A stretch of 64,000 nucleotides of DNA. Origin: an uncultured delta proteobacterium. Its GTDB lineage: Bacteria; Desulfobacterota; Binatia; Bin18. Shown here one piece after another: positions 9,258-20,009 of this stretch. Within the stretch, counting starts at the first letter, position 1. Every line of letters begins with the position of its first letter. The stretch covers positions 32,001-96,000 of the forward strand of contig CAVTCR010000017.1 of NCBI GenBank assembly GCA_963733195.1, written 5' to 3'. The notes under the pieces are model-generated. The model was given only the letters and a program-made list of their open reading frames with translations. It did not search any database and was not told the DNA's origin. The translations under genes and the position numbers were made by a program.

Positions 9258-9911
9258 GTGGAAGGTCAACAAGGATTAAGCGTACTCGATATGATTCAAC
9301 AGGGGTGGTACATCACCTACCCCTTAATCGTGATTTCGATCATCACTATCACGGTGATTTGTGAGCGACTCTGGGCGCTCCGGGGGCTAATCGGTGGCAC
9401 TCTGCGTGTCGCAGGAGGGTTAGTCGGTAGATTGCAAAAGGGCGATTTCAAGGGGGCACTGACGTCGGCACAGCAGGACAAGACCGCGCCTGCCGCGCGA
9501 ATCTTCCGCGATGTCATTTCTCAGCAAGACGGGGAATCGCTTGAGTATCTTTCCGAGATCGTCGAAGACCGTCGGTTTGAGGAGATCGATGCCCTTAAAG
9601 GAGCGATTTGGATTCTCGGCACTGTCGCGGTGAGCGCCCCGTTTATCGGGCTGTTGGGAACCGTAGTTGGTATCATTAAGTCATTCCACAGCATGTCGGT
9701 CACTGGCAGTGGCGGGTTCACCGTGGTTGCTGGTGGTATCTCGGAAGCGTTGATCGCCACCGCCCTGGGGTTGGCCGTCGCCATCATCGCGGTCATTTTT
9801 TACAACTACTTTCAGACCAAGCTCGAACGCATTGAGTCAGCGATGACGATCGCGTCTGACCGCGTGCTGGAAGCGATTCGCATGGGGAGGAAAGCTCATG
9901 GGAATGTCTAG
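9258..9911 (+). CDS. MotA/TolQ/ExbB proton channel subunit (copy 1)
   Basis: APFIGLLGTVVGII, GGISEALIATALGLAVAI. Confidence 0.93.
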   Translation: MEGQQGLSVLDMIQQGWYITYPLIVISIITITVICERLWALRGLIGGTLRVAGGLVGRLQKGDFKGALTSAQQDKTAPAARIFRDVISQQDGESLEYLSEIVEDRRFEEIDALKGAIWILGTVAVSAPFIGLLGTVVGIIKSFHSMSVTGSGGFTVVAGGISEALIATALGLAVAIIAVIFYNYFQTKLERIESAMTIASDRVLEAIRMGRKAHGNV

Positions 9912-10320
9912 CCCACGCAAGAAAAAAGGCAGCAGTTCGGCCATCATGGCCGAGATTAACATCACCCCGCTGACTGACGTCTTCTTGGTGCTGTTGATTA
10001 TTTTCATGGTTACCAGCGTGGCTATGGTGCAGTCGGGCGCCAACATCAATCTGCCAGAGGTGGAAGAGACCAAGTCAGAACCTCGACAGATTGTGATTAC
10101 CGTCACACCCAAGAAAGAAGTGTTCATCAACAACACCCCAGTATCGCTGGCCGACCTGGAAGGATTCCTCCGTCCTCTGATTCTGGCGCAACCAGACATC
10201 CCGGTTGTATTAGAGGGGGATAAGGAGGTGTTGATGGGAGACGCAGTGCAAATTCTTGCCGTCGCCCAAAGAGCTGGGGCAAAAACTATCGCGGTTGCTT
10301 CTGAAAAAAGGTCAAGTTGA
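9898..10320 (+). CDS. ExbD/TolR subunit (copy 1)
   Basis: EINITPLTDVFLVLLIIFMV with conserved TM Asp; INLP; LEGDK. Confidence 0.93.
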   Translation: MGMSSPRKKKGSSSAIMAEINITPLTDVFLVLLIIFMVTSVAMVQSGANINLPEVEETKSEPRQIVITVTPKKEVFINNTPVSLADLEGFLRPLILAQPDIPVVLEGDKEVLMGDAVQILAVAQRAGAKTIAVASEKRSS

Positions 10321-10354
10321 TGCCTGCAATGTCAGAGGGAAAAACAGGTGACCT

Positions 10355-11659
10355 ATGGCTGAAGAACGAAAAAAATCACCGGCACTGACCTCCATTCAAC
10401 AAGAGCTGCAAGAGGACATGTGGCTGTACCGCGGACAGCGAGTAGGGAAAAATGCCCGCTGGTTTGCTCTCTCTGCCGTTGCCCATGTGTTACTCCTCGG
10501 ACTCTTCGCCACGGTCTCGATGACGATCGCGCATAAACGCCAAGAGCTGGTGAAACTCGCGAAAGTCCAAGACCTGGCGCCTTCACTCGAAGAGCTGGAA
10601 CGGATGAGGAAGGCGCAAGCTGAGGAGAAAAAGCCTGAAGACTGGGAAGGTGAGCCTTCACTCAAAGACCTGCCAGGCGTGTTAACCATGGAGCAGTTGG
10701 CGCCGAAGAAAGCCTCGACGCCGGCTGGGCCGCCGCCGGAAGTGGGTAACGTCCAAGCCGTTCGTGCGCCGGTTATTCCAGTCGCGCCTCCACCGCCAAC
10801 AGCGAGATCACTTCCAGTAATTGAAGGACTAGGGCCGGGTGTCATTCAAGTAAACAACAACGGACGTGATGGTGCTGGCCAGCTCTCTAATCTTAATGCC
10901 ATCGGTGCGATCGGAGGAGCAATGGGCGGCCTCGGTGGTGCCGGTGGAGATTATGTTGGTGGGCTGCGCAAAGTCGGGCTTGATGTGGCTCTGGTGATCG
11001 ACGCGACCGACAGTATGCAGTTCGTGGCGGATTCGCTTAAATCTCGACTGCTCAAACTTATCGCTTCTCTCCACAAGATGGTGCCGACCACACGGATCGG
11101 TATCGTTGCGTATCGCGACAAGGGTGAAGAGTATGTCACCAAATGGGTCGATCTCAGCTTCTCGACCAGCAAGCTGCAAGATTTCGTCTCGAACCTACAA
11201 GCTGGGGGTGGTGGGGATTGGCCGGAAGCTGTGTTTGATGGACTCGAAGCCGCAGTCAATGATCTTAAATGGCGTAAAAATTCCAAGCGCGTCATCGTAC
11301 TTGTGGCAGGTTCGCCTCCGCATCCAGACAGCGTGGGCAACGTACTCGGGCTAGTGCAAAATTTTCAGGCCCAGGGTGGGATGGTGAGTGTTCTGGATAT
11401 GGCTGACAAAATGCACGAAGATTTCGAGCGTGCCATCTATAGAACCAGCTCGCAGCTGATCGCAAGTGAGTTCAAAGTCTCCCCGCTACCGGCATTTTAC
11501 CAGGAGTTCCGTAACACTATGTCGTCAATTGCTAAAGCTGGGGGCGGAGAATTCATCCCGCTCACTGAGGATAAAGCGCTGACGAAGCAGATTATCGTCA
11601 TGACGTTTGGCTCACGCTGGCAGACGGAGATGGCGAAGTGGCTGCGTGATTTGGAATAA
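10355..11659 (+). CDS. Membrane-anchored protein: TonB-like TM, Pro/Gly-rich linker, C-terminal vWA domain
   Basis: TM SAVAHVLLLGLFATVS; PAGPPP...APPPPT linker; vWA DVALVIDATDSM, GIVAYRD, GGGGDWPEAV. Confidence 0.85.
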   Translation: MAEERKKSPALTSIQQELQEDMWLYRGQRVGKNARWFALSAVAHVLLLGLFATVSMTIAHKRQELVKLAKVQDLAPSLEELERMRKAQAEEKKPEDWEGEPSLKDLPGVLTMEQLAPKKASTPAGPPPEVGNVQAVRAPVIPVAPPPPTARSLPVIEGLGPGVIQVNNNGRDGAGQLSNLNAIGAIGGAMGGLGGAGGDYVGGLRKVGLDVALVIDATDSMQFVADSLKSRLLKLIASLHKMVPTTRIGIVAYRDKGEEYVTKWVDLSFSTSKLQDFVSNLQAGGGGDWPEAVFDGLEAAVNDLKWRKNSKRVIVLVAGSPPHPDSVGNVLGLVQNFQAQGGMVSVLDMADKMHEDFERAIYRTSSQLIASEFKVSPLPAFYQEFRNTMSSIAKAGGGEFIPLTEDKALTKQIIVMTFGSRWQTEMAKWLRDLE

Positions 11660-11692
11660 GAGAAAAGCAACCGCGAGTGGTCACGGTGCGGT

Positions 11693-11721
11693 GTAGGGGC
11701 AGGTCTGCAACCTGCCCCTAC
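11693..11721. repeat. GTAG-type REP-like palindrome
   Basis: GTAGGGGCAGGT-ctgca-ACCTGCCCCTAC, perfect 12-bp stem in an intergenic spacer. Confidence 0.7.
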
Positions 11722-11773
11722 CCTTCTATAAAGAGCGTGTGACAGGGCCAGAGTTTCGACAAGGAGAGTCGAA

Positions 11774-14192
11774 GTGCAACTGTTGGTGATTTTTTCCTTT
11801 CTCTGTTCACTGGTAGGGATCGTCTCGTTTCCGCAGACGAGCACCGCGGAAACCGTCGCAAGCTTGTTAGGACAAGCCCGCCAAGCCAGCGCGCAAGTAC
11901 GCGGGCTTAAAAACGGCAGTACCAGCGACAAGCAACAAGCGATTCAGATTCTCGGGCCGATTGCACTCAGTCTCGTTGGTGCTTCTGATCTTGCCTCGGC
12001 AGCGCAATCACAACGGGGAACAGTGCGAGAGGTCTACGAAACACTGAACGGCCCACTCGAAGACATTTACGAGGCTGCCTTTGCTGATATCAACCGGATG
12101 AGCAAGCGTGTCATGGATATCGATGGTGATCTTGAAGCCCTCTACGAAACCAGAGAATGGAAAGACGCTCAGCTTGTCGCTTCACAATCCCTCTATTTTC
12201 TCAATTGGTTGCGGTATATCGGTTCTTATGTCGTTGACGGCGGAAAACGAAAAGAACTGCTGCAGAAAGCTGCCGATGGATTCTCTGAATTTGCCGTTGG
12301 CCAACAGGGTTCGCAACTCAAACGTGAGAGTCTCTTTGGTCGTGCATTAGCAGAAAAGGACTTGCGACAATTTGATTGGGCGATTCGTGATTTTGAGTTG
12401 CTCTTGCAGGAGCCCAACCTGCCTAACGACATGGAACGCAAGGTGCGTGCGAGTCTCGCCGACGCCAAGGCTAGAAAAGCACGCGGGGGGAATCAGAAGG
12501 ACGATGATAGTAATGCCCCAGCGCCGCCGACCCCTGAAGACATTGCTAAAGCGTACTTAGACAAAGCAAGAAGTTTATTCGAACGTCGCCGCAAAGAAAC
12601 TGGGGCGACACGGGAGAAGACCCTTCTCGAAGCACTCGCGTATGCTGAGGAGGCGAAAAAGAAAAGCGACAAACTCAAAGGCCCTGCGGATGCATTGATA
12701 AAGGAAGAGCTGACTCCTGAAGAAACCGCTATGCTTGAGGAGGAACGGAATCCGTTTCCCCAGTGGAAGGAAGCGACCGAACTCTTACGCGCGAACAACT
12801 ATGCGCAAGCGGTTCCTCTTCTCAAAGAGGTAGTAGCGTCGGGCGACCCACGAGCCACTGCCCATCGTCGGGATGCCCTGTATTTTCTCAGTGCCGGTCT
12901 TTTCCAGCAGGGCGAATATCGCCAAACGATCGAGCGTGTTGATGAATTCTTTGGCAATGACGGTGCTCCGGCACGCTACGGTGCTGATGCGGCGTATCTG
13001 CGTTTCAAAGCTGCTGAGAAAATCTATTCTAGTAGCAAACCGCCGACCGAAGAGAATACCAAACTCTATGTGACAACGACAAAAGACTTTATCCGTCGCT
13101 ATCCGACGCACAAATCGATCTTTGAGGCGTACTTTCGTCTCGGCGAGTACGAACAGAGCAAGGAAAACTACCTGGGAGCGGTGGACTACTATCAAAAAGT
13201 GACAGGTGATGTACCGTTCCGTGTACGGGCAGACTACGCGTCTTTGCAGAGCTATTCTGCGCTCCAAGAAGCGATTGATGAGAAGAAGCCAGTTCCTATT
13301 GCCGAGAAAGATTTGCGATCGCGGATCGGGGCGAGCTTGCAATCGTTCTGGAAGAACCTTGCTGTCCTCGATCAAAACCCCGCCCAAGCACAGCAGATCA
13401 AGGACCTCAAAGAATGGCGCGGAAAAGCAACCTTCATGAACGCCGTTTATCTTGGCAAGGATATGGACGCGAACGCGACTGCGCTTGTGTCCTTGTTACA
13501 AGATTTTGAGAAAAAATATCCTGAACAGAAAGATGCCTTTGAGTCAGTTGCACGTACACGTCTTATTGTTCTGCAAAAGACGGGACGGTACGCTGAACTA
13601 GAGAAGGAAACAGAGCGAATTTTTGCGACCTACAACGGCGAACAGCAGCAGGAGTTGGTAAAAGGACTGAATCAGGTACTGACTTCAGACATCAAACGAT
13701 TGGAAAAGGGCGGCGACAAGGAGAAAGACAATGTACTCGTTGCCAAGCGTACCTTAGCACGATTGCATGCCGAACGTCTCAGACGTGGCGATGCCTTTGG
13801 GCCAGAGGAGTCTCCAGAGCAATTCAAGTATGATTTGGCTCAACTCTATCTTGACATTAAAGACTACGACAAGGCCGAGGCGATCTACCAAGAACTACGA
13901 CAAGGTGCATACTCTCTCGCGGCACTGGCCGGATTGGCACAGATCGCCGATGTGAAAGGGGATACAAATCAATCTTTCGCCTTATGGAGTGACTTACTCA
14001 AAGAGGCAAAACCGGACGAACCTGCATGGTTTCGTGGCACCTATGGCGTTGCTCAACTCCAAGCCAAGCAAGGTAACAAAGAGCAATCGTGCAAAACTAT
14101 TAGTGAGGCATTTGTGCAGGATTAGCCAACTGAGAGACGCCGGTCTGAAAAAACGGATTCAAGAGCTATCGTTGCAGAGTTGTAAGAAGTGA
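11774..14192 (+). CDS. Large exported TPR/alpha-solenoid protein (frameshift near 14110)
   Basis: Signal peptide; TPR-like segments (ALYFLSAGLFQQGEY, AYFRLGEYEQSKENY, KYDLAQLYLDIKDY); C-terminus continues in the frame ending at 14192. Confidence 0.8.
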
Positions 14193-14310
14193 GTGCGTAA
14201 AACGTGATACGTAAGACATCGAGAACCGGGAGGAGTGGTTACGTTTTACGCATTTTCTAGTCGGTAAACGCTCTTTCCCTCTTCCACAGACTCCTATAAA
14301 TATAGCGCCT

Positions 14311-14973
14311 ATGTCAACAGAACCAATCTCCGGGGGATTGTGGTTTTTCATTGTCAAAGGCGGACCGGTGATGATTCCCATCATCATCCTGTCAATTGTT
14401 GCGCTCACGATCATCTTCGCAAAATTCTGGGAACTCTGGCGGTTTCGCCTTCGTCTCAACAACTTAACGAATAAACTCTACAATCTTGTACAAGATGGTA
14501 ATATCTCTGGCGCACTCAAGGCTAGTCGCGAGGATGCAACAGCACTGGGACGTGTATTTGAGAGTGCAATTGTCCATCGCACGCAAGAGCGCTCTGAGTT
14601 GACACGCCGGTTGGAGCGGTTTGGTGGTGATGTGGTCGCTGACCTGGAATCGTATATGGGTGCGCTTGCTACCATCATCGGCGTTGAACCGATGCTGGGT
14701 TTTCTCGGCACTATCGTTGGCCTCATTAAGGCGTTTATGAATTGGGAAACGATGGGTGATCGTATTACCATCAACCTATTAGCTGGTGGTATCTATGAGG
14801 CAATGATCACTACGGCCGCAGGGCTTATTGTCGCCATTCCTTACTATCTGATTTACAACCACTTAGTTACGAAAGTCGGTAAGCTTACGCGGCTGACCGA
14901 AGAGCGGACGGAAGAGTTTGTTGATTTGGTCACAGACATGAATGTCAAGGAGCCGGTTCGTCATGCGCTTTAA
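14311..14973 (+). CDS. MotA/TolQ/ExbB proton channel subunit (copy 2)
   Basis: KGGPVMIPIIILS, PMLGFLGTIVGLI, GGIYEAMITTAAGLIVAIP. Confidence 0.93.
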   Translation: MSTEPISGGLWFFIVKGGPVMIPIIILSIVALTIIFAKFWELWRFRLRLNNLTNKLYNLVQDGNISGALKASREDATALGRVFESAIVHRTQERSELTRRLERFGGDVVADLESYMGALATIIGVEPMLGFLGTIVGLIKAFMNWETMGDRITINLLAGGIYEAMITTAAGLIVAIPYYLIYNHLVTKVGKLTRLTEERTEEFVDLVTDMNVKEPVRHAL

Positions 14974-15382
14974 ACGGCAGAGTAAGCTCATGTTCAGTAT
15001 GGAGTCAGTGGCGATCACTGACATCATCATGAACATGTTCATCTTCTTCTTCATCACTTTCAGTTTTCTTGCCTCGTTCAATAAATCAAGAGAGGGCCAA
15101 GTCGATGTGAACCTGCCGAAAGCGACCTCGGCCTCTCCGCCGATCGAGCGCAAGAGCCTCACAGTGAGTCTAACCAAAGAGGGAGGTCTCTTTCTCAACG
15201 ACGCGCCAATTTCCCTTGAGCAGCTCAAAACTCGCATGCAAGAAGAAAAAGGCCAAGCTGTAGAAGTAACGCTTGTGGTGCGAGCCGATAAAGAAGTCCA
15301 GCATGGTCGCGTCGTCGAGGTCATGGACATCGCTCGTAACGAAGGACTCAATCGCCTGGCCATCGGGGCGCAAGCGCGATAG
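14963..15382 (+). CDS. ExbD/TolR subunit (copy 2)
   Basis: AITDIIMNMFIFFFIT with TM Asp, VNLPKA, VVRADKEVQHGRVVEVMD; start ATG 14963. Confidence 0.92.
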   Translation: MRFKRQSKLMFSMESVAITDIIMNMFIFFFITFSFLASFNKSREGQVDVNLPKATSASPPIERKSLTVSLTKEGGLFLNDAPISLEQLKTRMQEEKGQAVEVTLVVRADKEVQHGRVVEVMDIARNEGLNRLAIGAQAR

Positions 15383-15470
15383 AAGAGAGGGAAAAGGGGA
15401 AACGGAAGAGCACGAAGAGTAACTTTTTTTCTCCCTTTCGCCATTTACCCTTTTCGCCTTTTCCCCTGAT

Positions 15471-16379
15471 ATGCAAACTGCGTGGCAACAACAGAACCTT
15501 ACTGCTATTACTCACCGTCTTGCCGCTGTGAAACGACTACCGGCTGGCATCCTCTTTGAGCGTAAGTCGCAGTACAATCACATCATCGTCCGTAAGACCT
15601 CAGAGCAACTCTTACTTTGTTATCGTCACGAGCGGCATCGTACTGAGGAAGTGGAATCGCGGCTTGATCCGGAGAATCCGCTCGCGTTACTGTCGGATTA
15701 CACACAAGCCATGCTGTTGGCGTTGGCGTGGCAATCCGCACCGCAACGGGTTCTATTACTAGGACTTGGTGGTGGCCGTTTGCAGATGGTGCTGCATCAT
15801 TACCTCGAACACCTCGAACTCTACACCGTAGAACTCGATCCTCTGGTTGTCGAAGTAGCTCAACGTTTCTTTGCCTGGGAAACGGACCCACGCCAGCATC
15901 TGACGGTGAAAGACGGACGTGATTATCTGCGCGGGTTTCCTACTGAAGCACCATATGATGTGATTCTGCTTGATGCCTTTCAAGTGAGCGGTATTCCCGT
16001 GCATCTGTGCACACGCGAGTTTTTTGCTGAGTGTCGTGAGAATCTTACTCCAGAGGGGATCGTTGCAACCAATCTCCACATCTCCACCTCGATTTACGAT
16101 TCAATCCGTAAAACTTTTGCAGCAGCGTTTCGTTCGACCACTGCGTTTCGTTTGCTCGGCGGCAATGTGGTGGTAGTTGGTAGCGAAGCCGAGCGATTAA
16201 CATTACCAGAGATTCGCGAGCGCATAGCCGCCGTGCAAGAGCGGTACGGATTTAATTTTGCCTTGCCCGAACTCGCGCGCCGCGAAGCTTCCGGTGCGTC
16301 CTATCGTCAGAGTGCGCCGATCTTGCGTGATGCGTATACGCCAATGGGGGAAATGCCTCCTCCGACTACGCGACGGTAA
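15471..16379 (+). CDS. Spermidine synthase-like SAM-dependent transferase
   Basis: SQYNHI, VLLLGLGGG, VELDPLVVEVAQRFF, DGRDYL, YDVILLDAF. Confidence 0.85.
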   Translation: MQTAWQQQNLTAITHRLAAVKRLPAGILFERKSQYNHIIVRKTSEQLLLCYRHERHRTEEVESRLDPENPLALLSDYTQAMLLALAWQSAPQRVLLLGLGGGRLQMVLHHYLEHLELYTVELDPLVVEVAQRFFAWETDPRQHLTVKDGRDYLRGFPTEAPYDVILLDAFQVSGIPVHLCTREFFAECRENLTPEGIVATNLHISTSIYDSIRKTFAAAFRSTTAFRLLGGNVVVVGSEAERLTLPEIRERIAAVQERYGFNFALPELARREASGASYRQSAPILRDAYTPMGEMPPPTTRR

Positions 16380-16403
16380 CCGTCTAACACTTGAGACTCG
16401 AAA

Positions 16404-18114
16404 TTACTCCCCACCCTTTGCCAACACCTCTACTACTGGCACCGGTTTCTCTTTGCCCTTGACCGCCATTGTCGCTGTCCGTCCGAGCGTGAATTCTGGG
16501 CCGAGATGCGAGGCGGTCACTTCCGAAATGACAATCGTCGTTTGCAGCTCTTTGGTAAGCCCTTCAATCCGACTTGCCAAGTTCACCGGATCACCTATTA
16601 CTGAATATTCGACACGTTTGTCTGGACCAATCAGTCCAGCAACGACTTCACCAGTGTGAATACCGACGCCAATGCGGAGGACAGGGAAATCCTGTTCTTG
16701 TAACCGAACGTTGAGCGATCTAAGCCGTTCTACCATCCCTAATGCCGCTCGTACTGCTCGTGCAGGACTATCAGGGTACTCGTTTGGTGCACCAAAGAGT
16801 GCCATCACACCGTCACCTGTAAATTGATTGACGACCCCACCTTCGGCCTCGACGGCTGCGACCATCTCGGTGAAAAACTGATTGAGCATACGGACCAATA
16901 TGGCCGGATCAGTCCGCTCACTAATGGTGGTGAACCCACGAATATCCTGGAAAAGAATACTTATCTCACGACGTTCGCCAGCCAGGGGCACGTGTCCACT
17001 GAGTACAGCGTTCGCAATATCCTGTGAGACAAACCGACCGAAGGTGTCTTTGATCTTCTCTCGTTCTTCGAGTCCGCTGACCATCTCGTTGAATGAGGCA
17101 CCAAGAAACCCGATTTCATCTTGTCGTTTGACTGCAATTCGCTGGTTGAAGTTGCCCTGGAGCACTTGCTGCATACTTTGTACTAAGGTCTGAATCGGTG
17201 CGGTAATTCCGCTGGTAAGCCCACCGCCAAGCACTAATGCGCCAAGCAGCGCCGCAAGCCCGACTCCGGCGATTCGCCACCGTAGGCCGGCTAACGGTGC
17301 AAGCGCGGCGTCGTACGAACGCTGCACCAGTGCGTAGAGCGGTGAAGGAAGCTGCGATTGAATCGGGACCAGCAGAGACAAGAAACGCTCCCCCTTCAAG
17401 CTGAGCAAAAAAGTCTGGTCTGGTGGGTGCTGGAAAATCTCCGCTGTGGGCCGCTGACCCGGTGTCAGAAGTTGTCGTTCGGTCGGTGGCCACGATGAGG
17501 AAAACAGTCGCTCTTGAGTAAGAAACGACACTTCAGACCCAGTCTGTTCTTTCAGTTGTTGCACAGTAATATCACCGATGCTCGTACCTAACAGGAGGAA
17601 GCCGATCACTCTGGGAGCGAGGATAGGTACGACCATGAACTGATAGAGGGCAGCGTCGACTTCGATGACCAGGACCACAGGTGAAGCGGCAGCAAATGCC
17701 TCTTCGAATGCCGGGAAGAATGGCGAGTTCTTTGCCACTGACGAACTTGCCGCTTGAGTCAGCAAACAGCACTCCAGTTTCATCGGTAATCCAGAGTACG
17801 TCTCCACCTGTGCGGTCACGATAATTCTGCGCGACAGAGAGGAGTGTCAAAGAATCCCGCGTCGCAAACGCCTTTTTGAGTGCAAAGTCAGAAGCTAACA
17901 ATTCTGCTTTTTCGAGCAGGTGTTCGGCGCGCCCTTTCATGGCGCGTCGAAACACTTGATCGGTGACTTGCAGCTCGCGCGTGAGGATTGATTGAACCTG
18001 GCGACTCACCATCAGTTGGGTGAGCCACAGAGTGAGAACCAACAACAAGAGGATCAGCGCTGAGAAGGCAAGAAAAATCTTCGTGCGTATCCGACTACGG
18101 GCCCACCATGTCAT
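16404..18114 (-). CDS. Class III adenylate/guanylate cyclase with periplasmic Cache-like and HAMP domains (frameshift near 17715)
   Basis: Joins ORFs 17572-18114 and 16404-17819; RQDEIGFLGASFNEM (HAMP), ILFQDIRGFT, FTGDGVMALFGAP, GDPVNLASRIE. Confidence 0.88.
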
Positions 18115-18788
18115 CGAGACCCTCGTTGCCCACTGATCGCAGGACGTTCCTGCGCCGGTTTCAAGCTGAGAGTAAAGGTTAGCTCGGGTGTGGCTTCATC
18201 GATCCGTATTTGTTGGGTGGTGTCTGCTATTTTGCCGCGACTACGCTCATGCCACGACACCAGGGAATAGGTACCGGGTGGTATGTCAGGCAGGACAAAC
18301 CGGCCGTTTGCATCTGTGGTCGCATAATAGGGAGACGGAACGACCAGAATAACGGCTGACATCCAATCATGGATGTTGCAGCCGACATCGACGACGCCGG
18401 GTTGATCAAAGGCAACGGATGGCTTTGCCTCGCCTTTGTAAAGCGGGAGGTCGAAGCTCTTAGCGCGAGAGAAAGAGTATACATGATGGTGAATCTGATC
18501 ATGATTTGGGAACTGGACCTCGGTCCCAACAGGTATTGGCAGAAGATTTGGGACAAATTGTTTATCTATTTGATCCAGGGTCGCTGTGCGATGAGCTGCT
18601 GGTTTTGCTCCGCCCGATGCTGGGGTCTGAACAAAGACGACGGCCTGAGGAATGCCGGTTCCTTGCTCGTCAACGACCTTGCCTTTTACTTCTGCAGCTT
18701 GGGTAACAGAGACACAACTCATGAACACAGCAACAACAATGATGGTCCACTGCCAGCGCGACGTCCAAGATATAACAAACTGTTCCAT
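18111..18788 (-). CDS. Exported cupredoxin-like/carboxypeptidase-regulatory-like protein
   Basis: Signal peptide; FPNHDQIHHHVYSFS, GCNIHDWMSA, GTYSLVSWH. Confidence 0.8.
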   Translation of the reverse strand: MEQFVISWTSRWQWTIIVVAVFMSCVSVTQAAEVKGKVVDEQGTGIPQAVVFVQTPASGGAKPAAHRTATLDQIDKQFVPNLLPIPVGTEVQFPNHDQIHHHVYSFSRAKSFDLPLYKGEAKPSVAFDQPGVVDVGCNIHDWMSAVILVVPSPYYATTDANGRFVLPDIPPGTYSLVSWHERSRGKIADTTQQIRIDEATPELTFTLSLKPAQERPAISGQRGSR

Positions 18789-18790
18789 AA

Positions 18791-20009
18791 TTAATAGCGA
18801 AAGCGGTAACTTAGTTGCCAGCCGCCATCGGACGGATCAAAGCGAACCGGCATCGTCCGGTGACTATCAATAAACATATACTCGAAACCGACTCTATGGG
18901 AGAGACCAAACTCAAACAAATATGCCACGGTGAATGCGTCACCGTTTTCACGATACGACGGTGGACCATCAGTATCATCCGTGCGAAAGTTATCGTAGCG
19001 CACGCTCAATCGATGTCCTTGATAGTGGACAGAAAGAAGTACATAAAAGGCATGGAGCAGCACATCACAATTGCTGGCGCGACTCTGAGCGCTGCCTCCG
19101 AGATACTGGGCAAGAAGATCGATATTCGCCAACGGATGGAGGACCGCACCGACAGTACCGAAGCGCGTGCTCCATACTCCGAATGTGTCTTGATCGCCAA
19201 GATTGTCAAAGTAGCCGAGACTCAGCTCTCCTCGGTTGCGAGAGTCGCTCACGCTGAAGCGAGTATACAATGCTGGTCGATAATCGCGCTCGTCAAAAAC
19301 CGATACGGGGTCTGTGTTACCGCCGTGTGCGTGTGGGAGATCGTTGTTCACACCGCTTTGGTAATCACTCAACACCCAGCCACGCGGTACGAGTAAGCGG
19401 GCCATCTGGTCCGGGCCAAAACCTGCTCCCGCGAGCACTCCGAAACGTAAGCCAGACAGTGTCGTTCGCCACCACTCTCCTTCTAGACCAACCACGTACA
19501 CTTCTTCCCACAACCACGTATTGAGTGCAGAAGGTGTGAGGGTGTACTGCGGAGTCCATGCTGGCCCCACATGCTCAAGGGAGAAGGGATTATTCATCAC
19601 TCCAGCCTGGAGCCCCCACCCTTTAGCTGGGACTCCCCACTCTTTGCGGAGAATCGCCTCAATCAACAAAGGGCGGTCAACATCAATATCAGTTTCAGCA
19701 TTGAGTTGTGCACGGGCGCTGATACCCCAGGGCAGAGTTGCGCCTAGTTCTACCGAAAGCTGAGAGAATGCGAGGCGAGTTGAGCGTTCCCCGTCCTGAA
19801 GAGAACCTGTTCCTCCATAGCGACTTTTACCGATGCCCATCCCTTGATCTGTCCAACTTGAGGCGCGGCCGCTGCGAGCGATACGGACATCCACAAGGCC
19901 GCGAACCCAGACTGGCCACTTCTCTTCAACATCGTATTGTCCCCAACTCACGGCTGGGACAGTACACCACAACAACAGTGACTGAGACGTAGCAGACGCA
20001 GCGGATCAT
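18791..20009 (-). CDS. Putative outer-membrane beta-barrel protein (probable frameshift in signal peptide)
   Basis: Amphipathic beta pattern, C-terminal WQLSYRFRY; ATG 20009 is out of frame with ORF 18791-19975. Confidence 0.7.

Noticed and set aside
9258-15382. Calling the ExbBD operon Tol-Pal, Ton or Agl-Glt gliding
   Set aside because: No tolB, pal, TonB_C, TonB-dependent receptor or recognisable glt genes in the window; no gene symbols assigned
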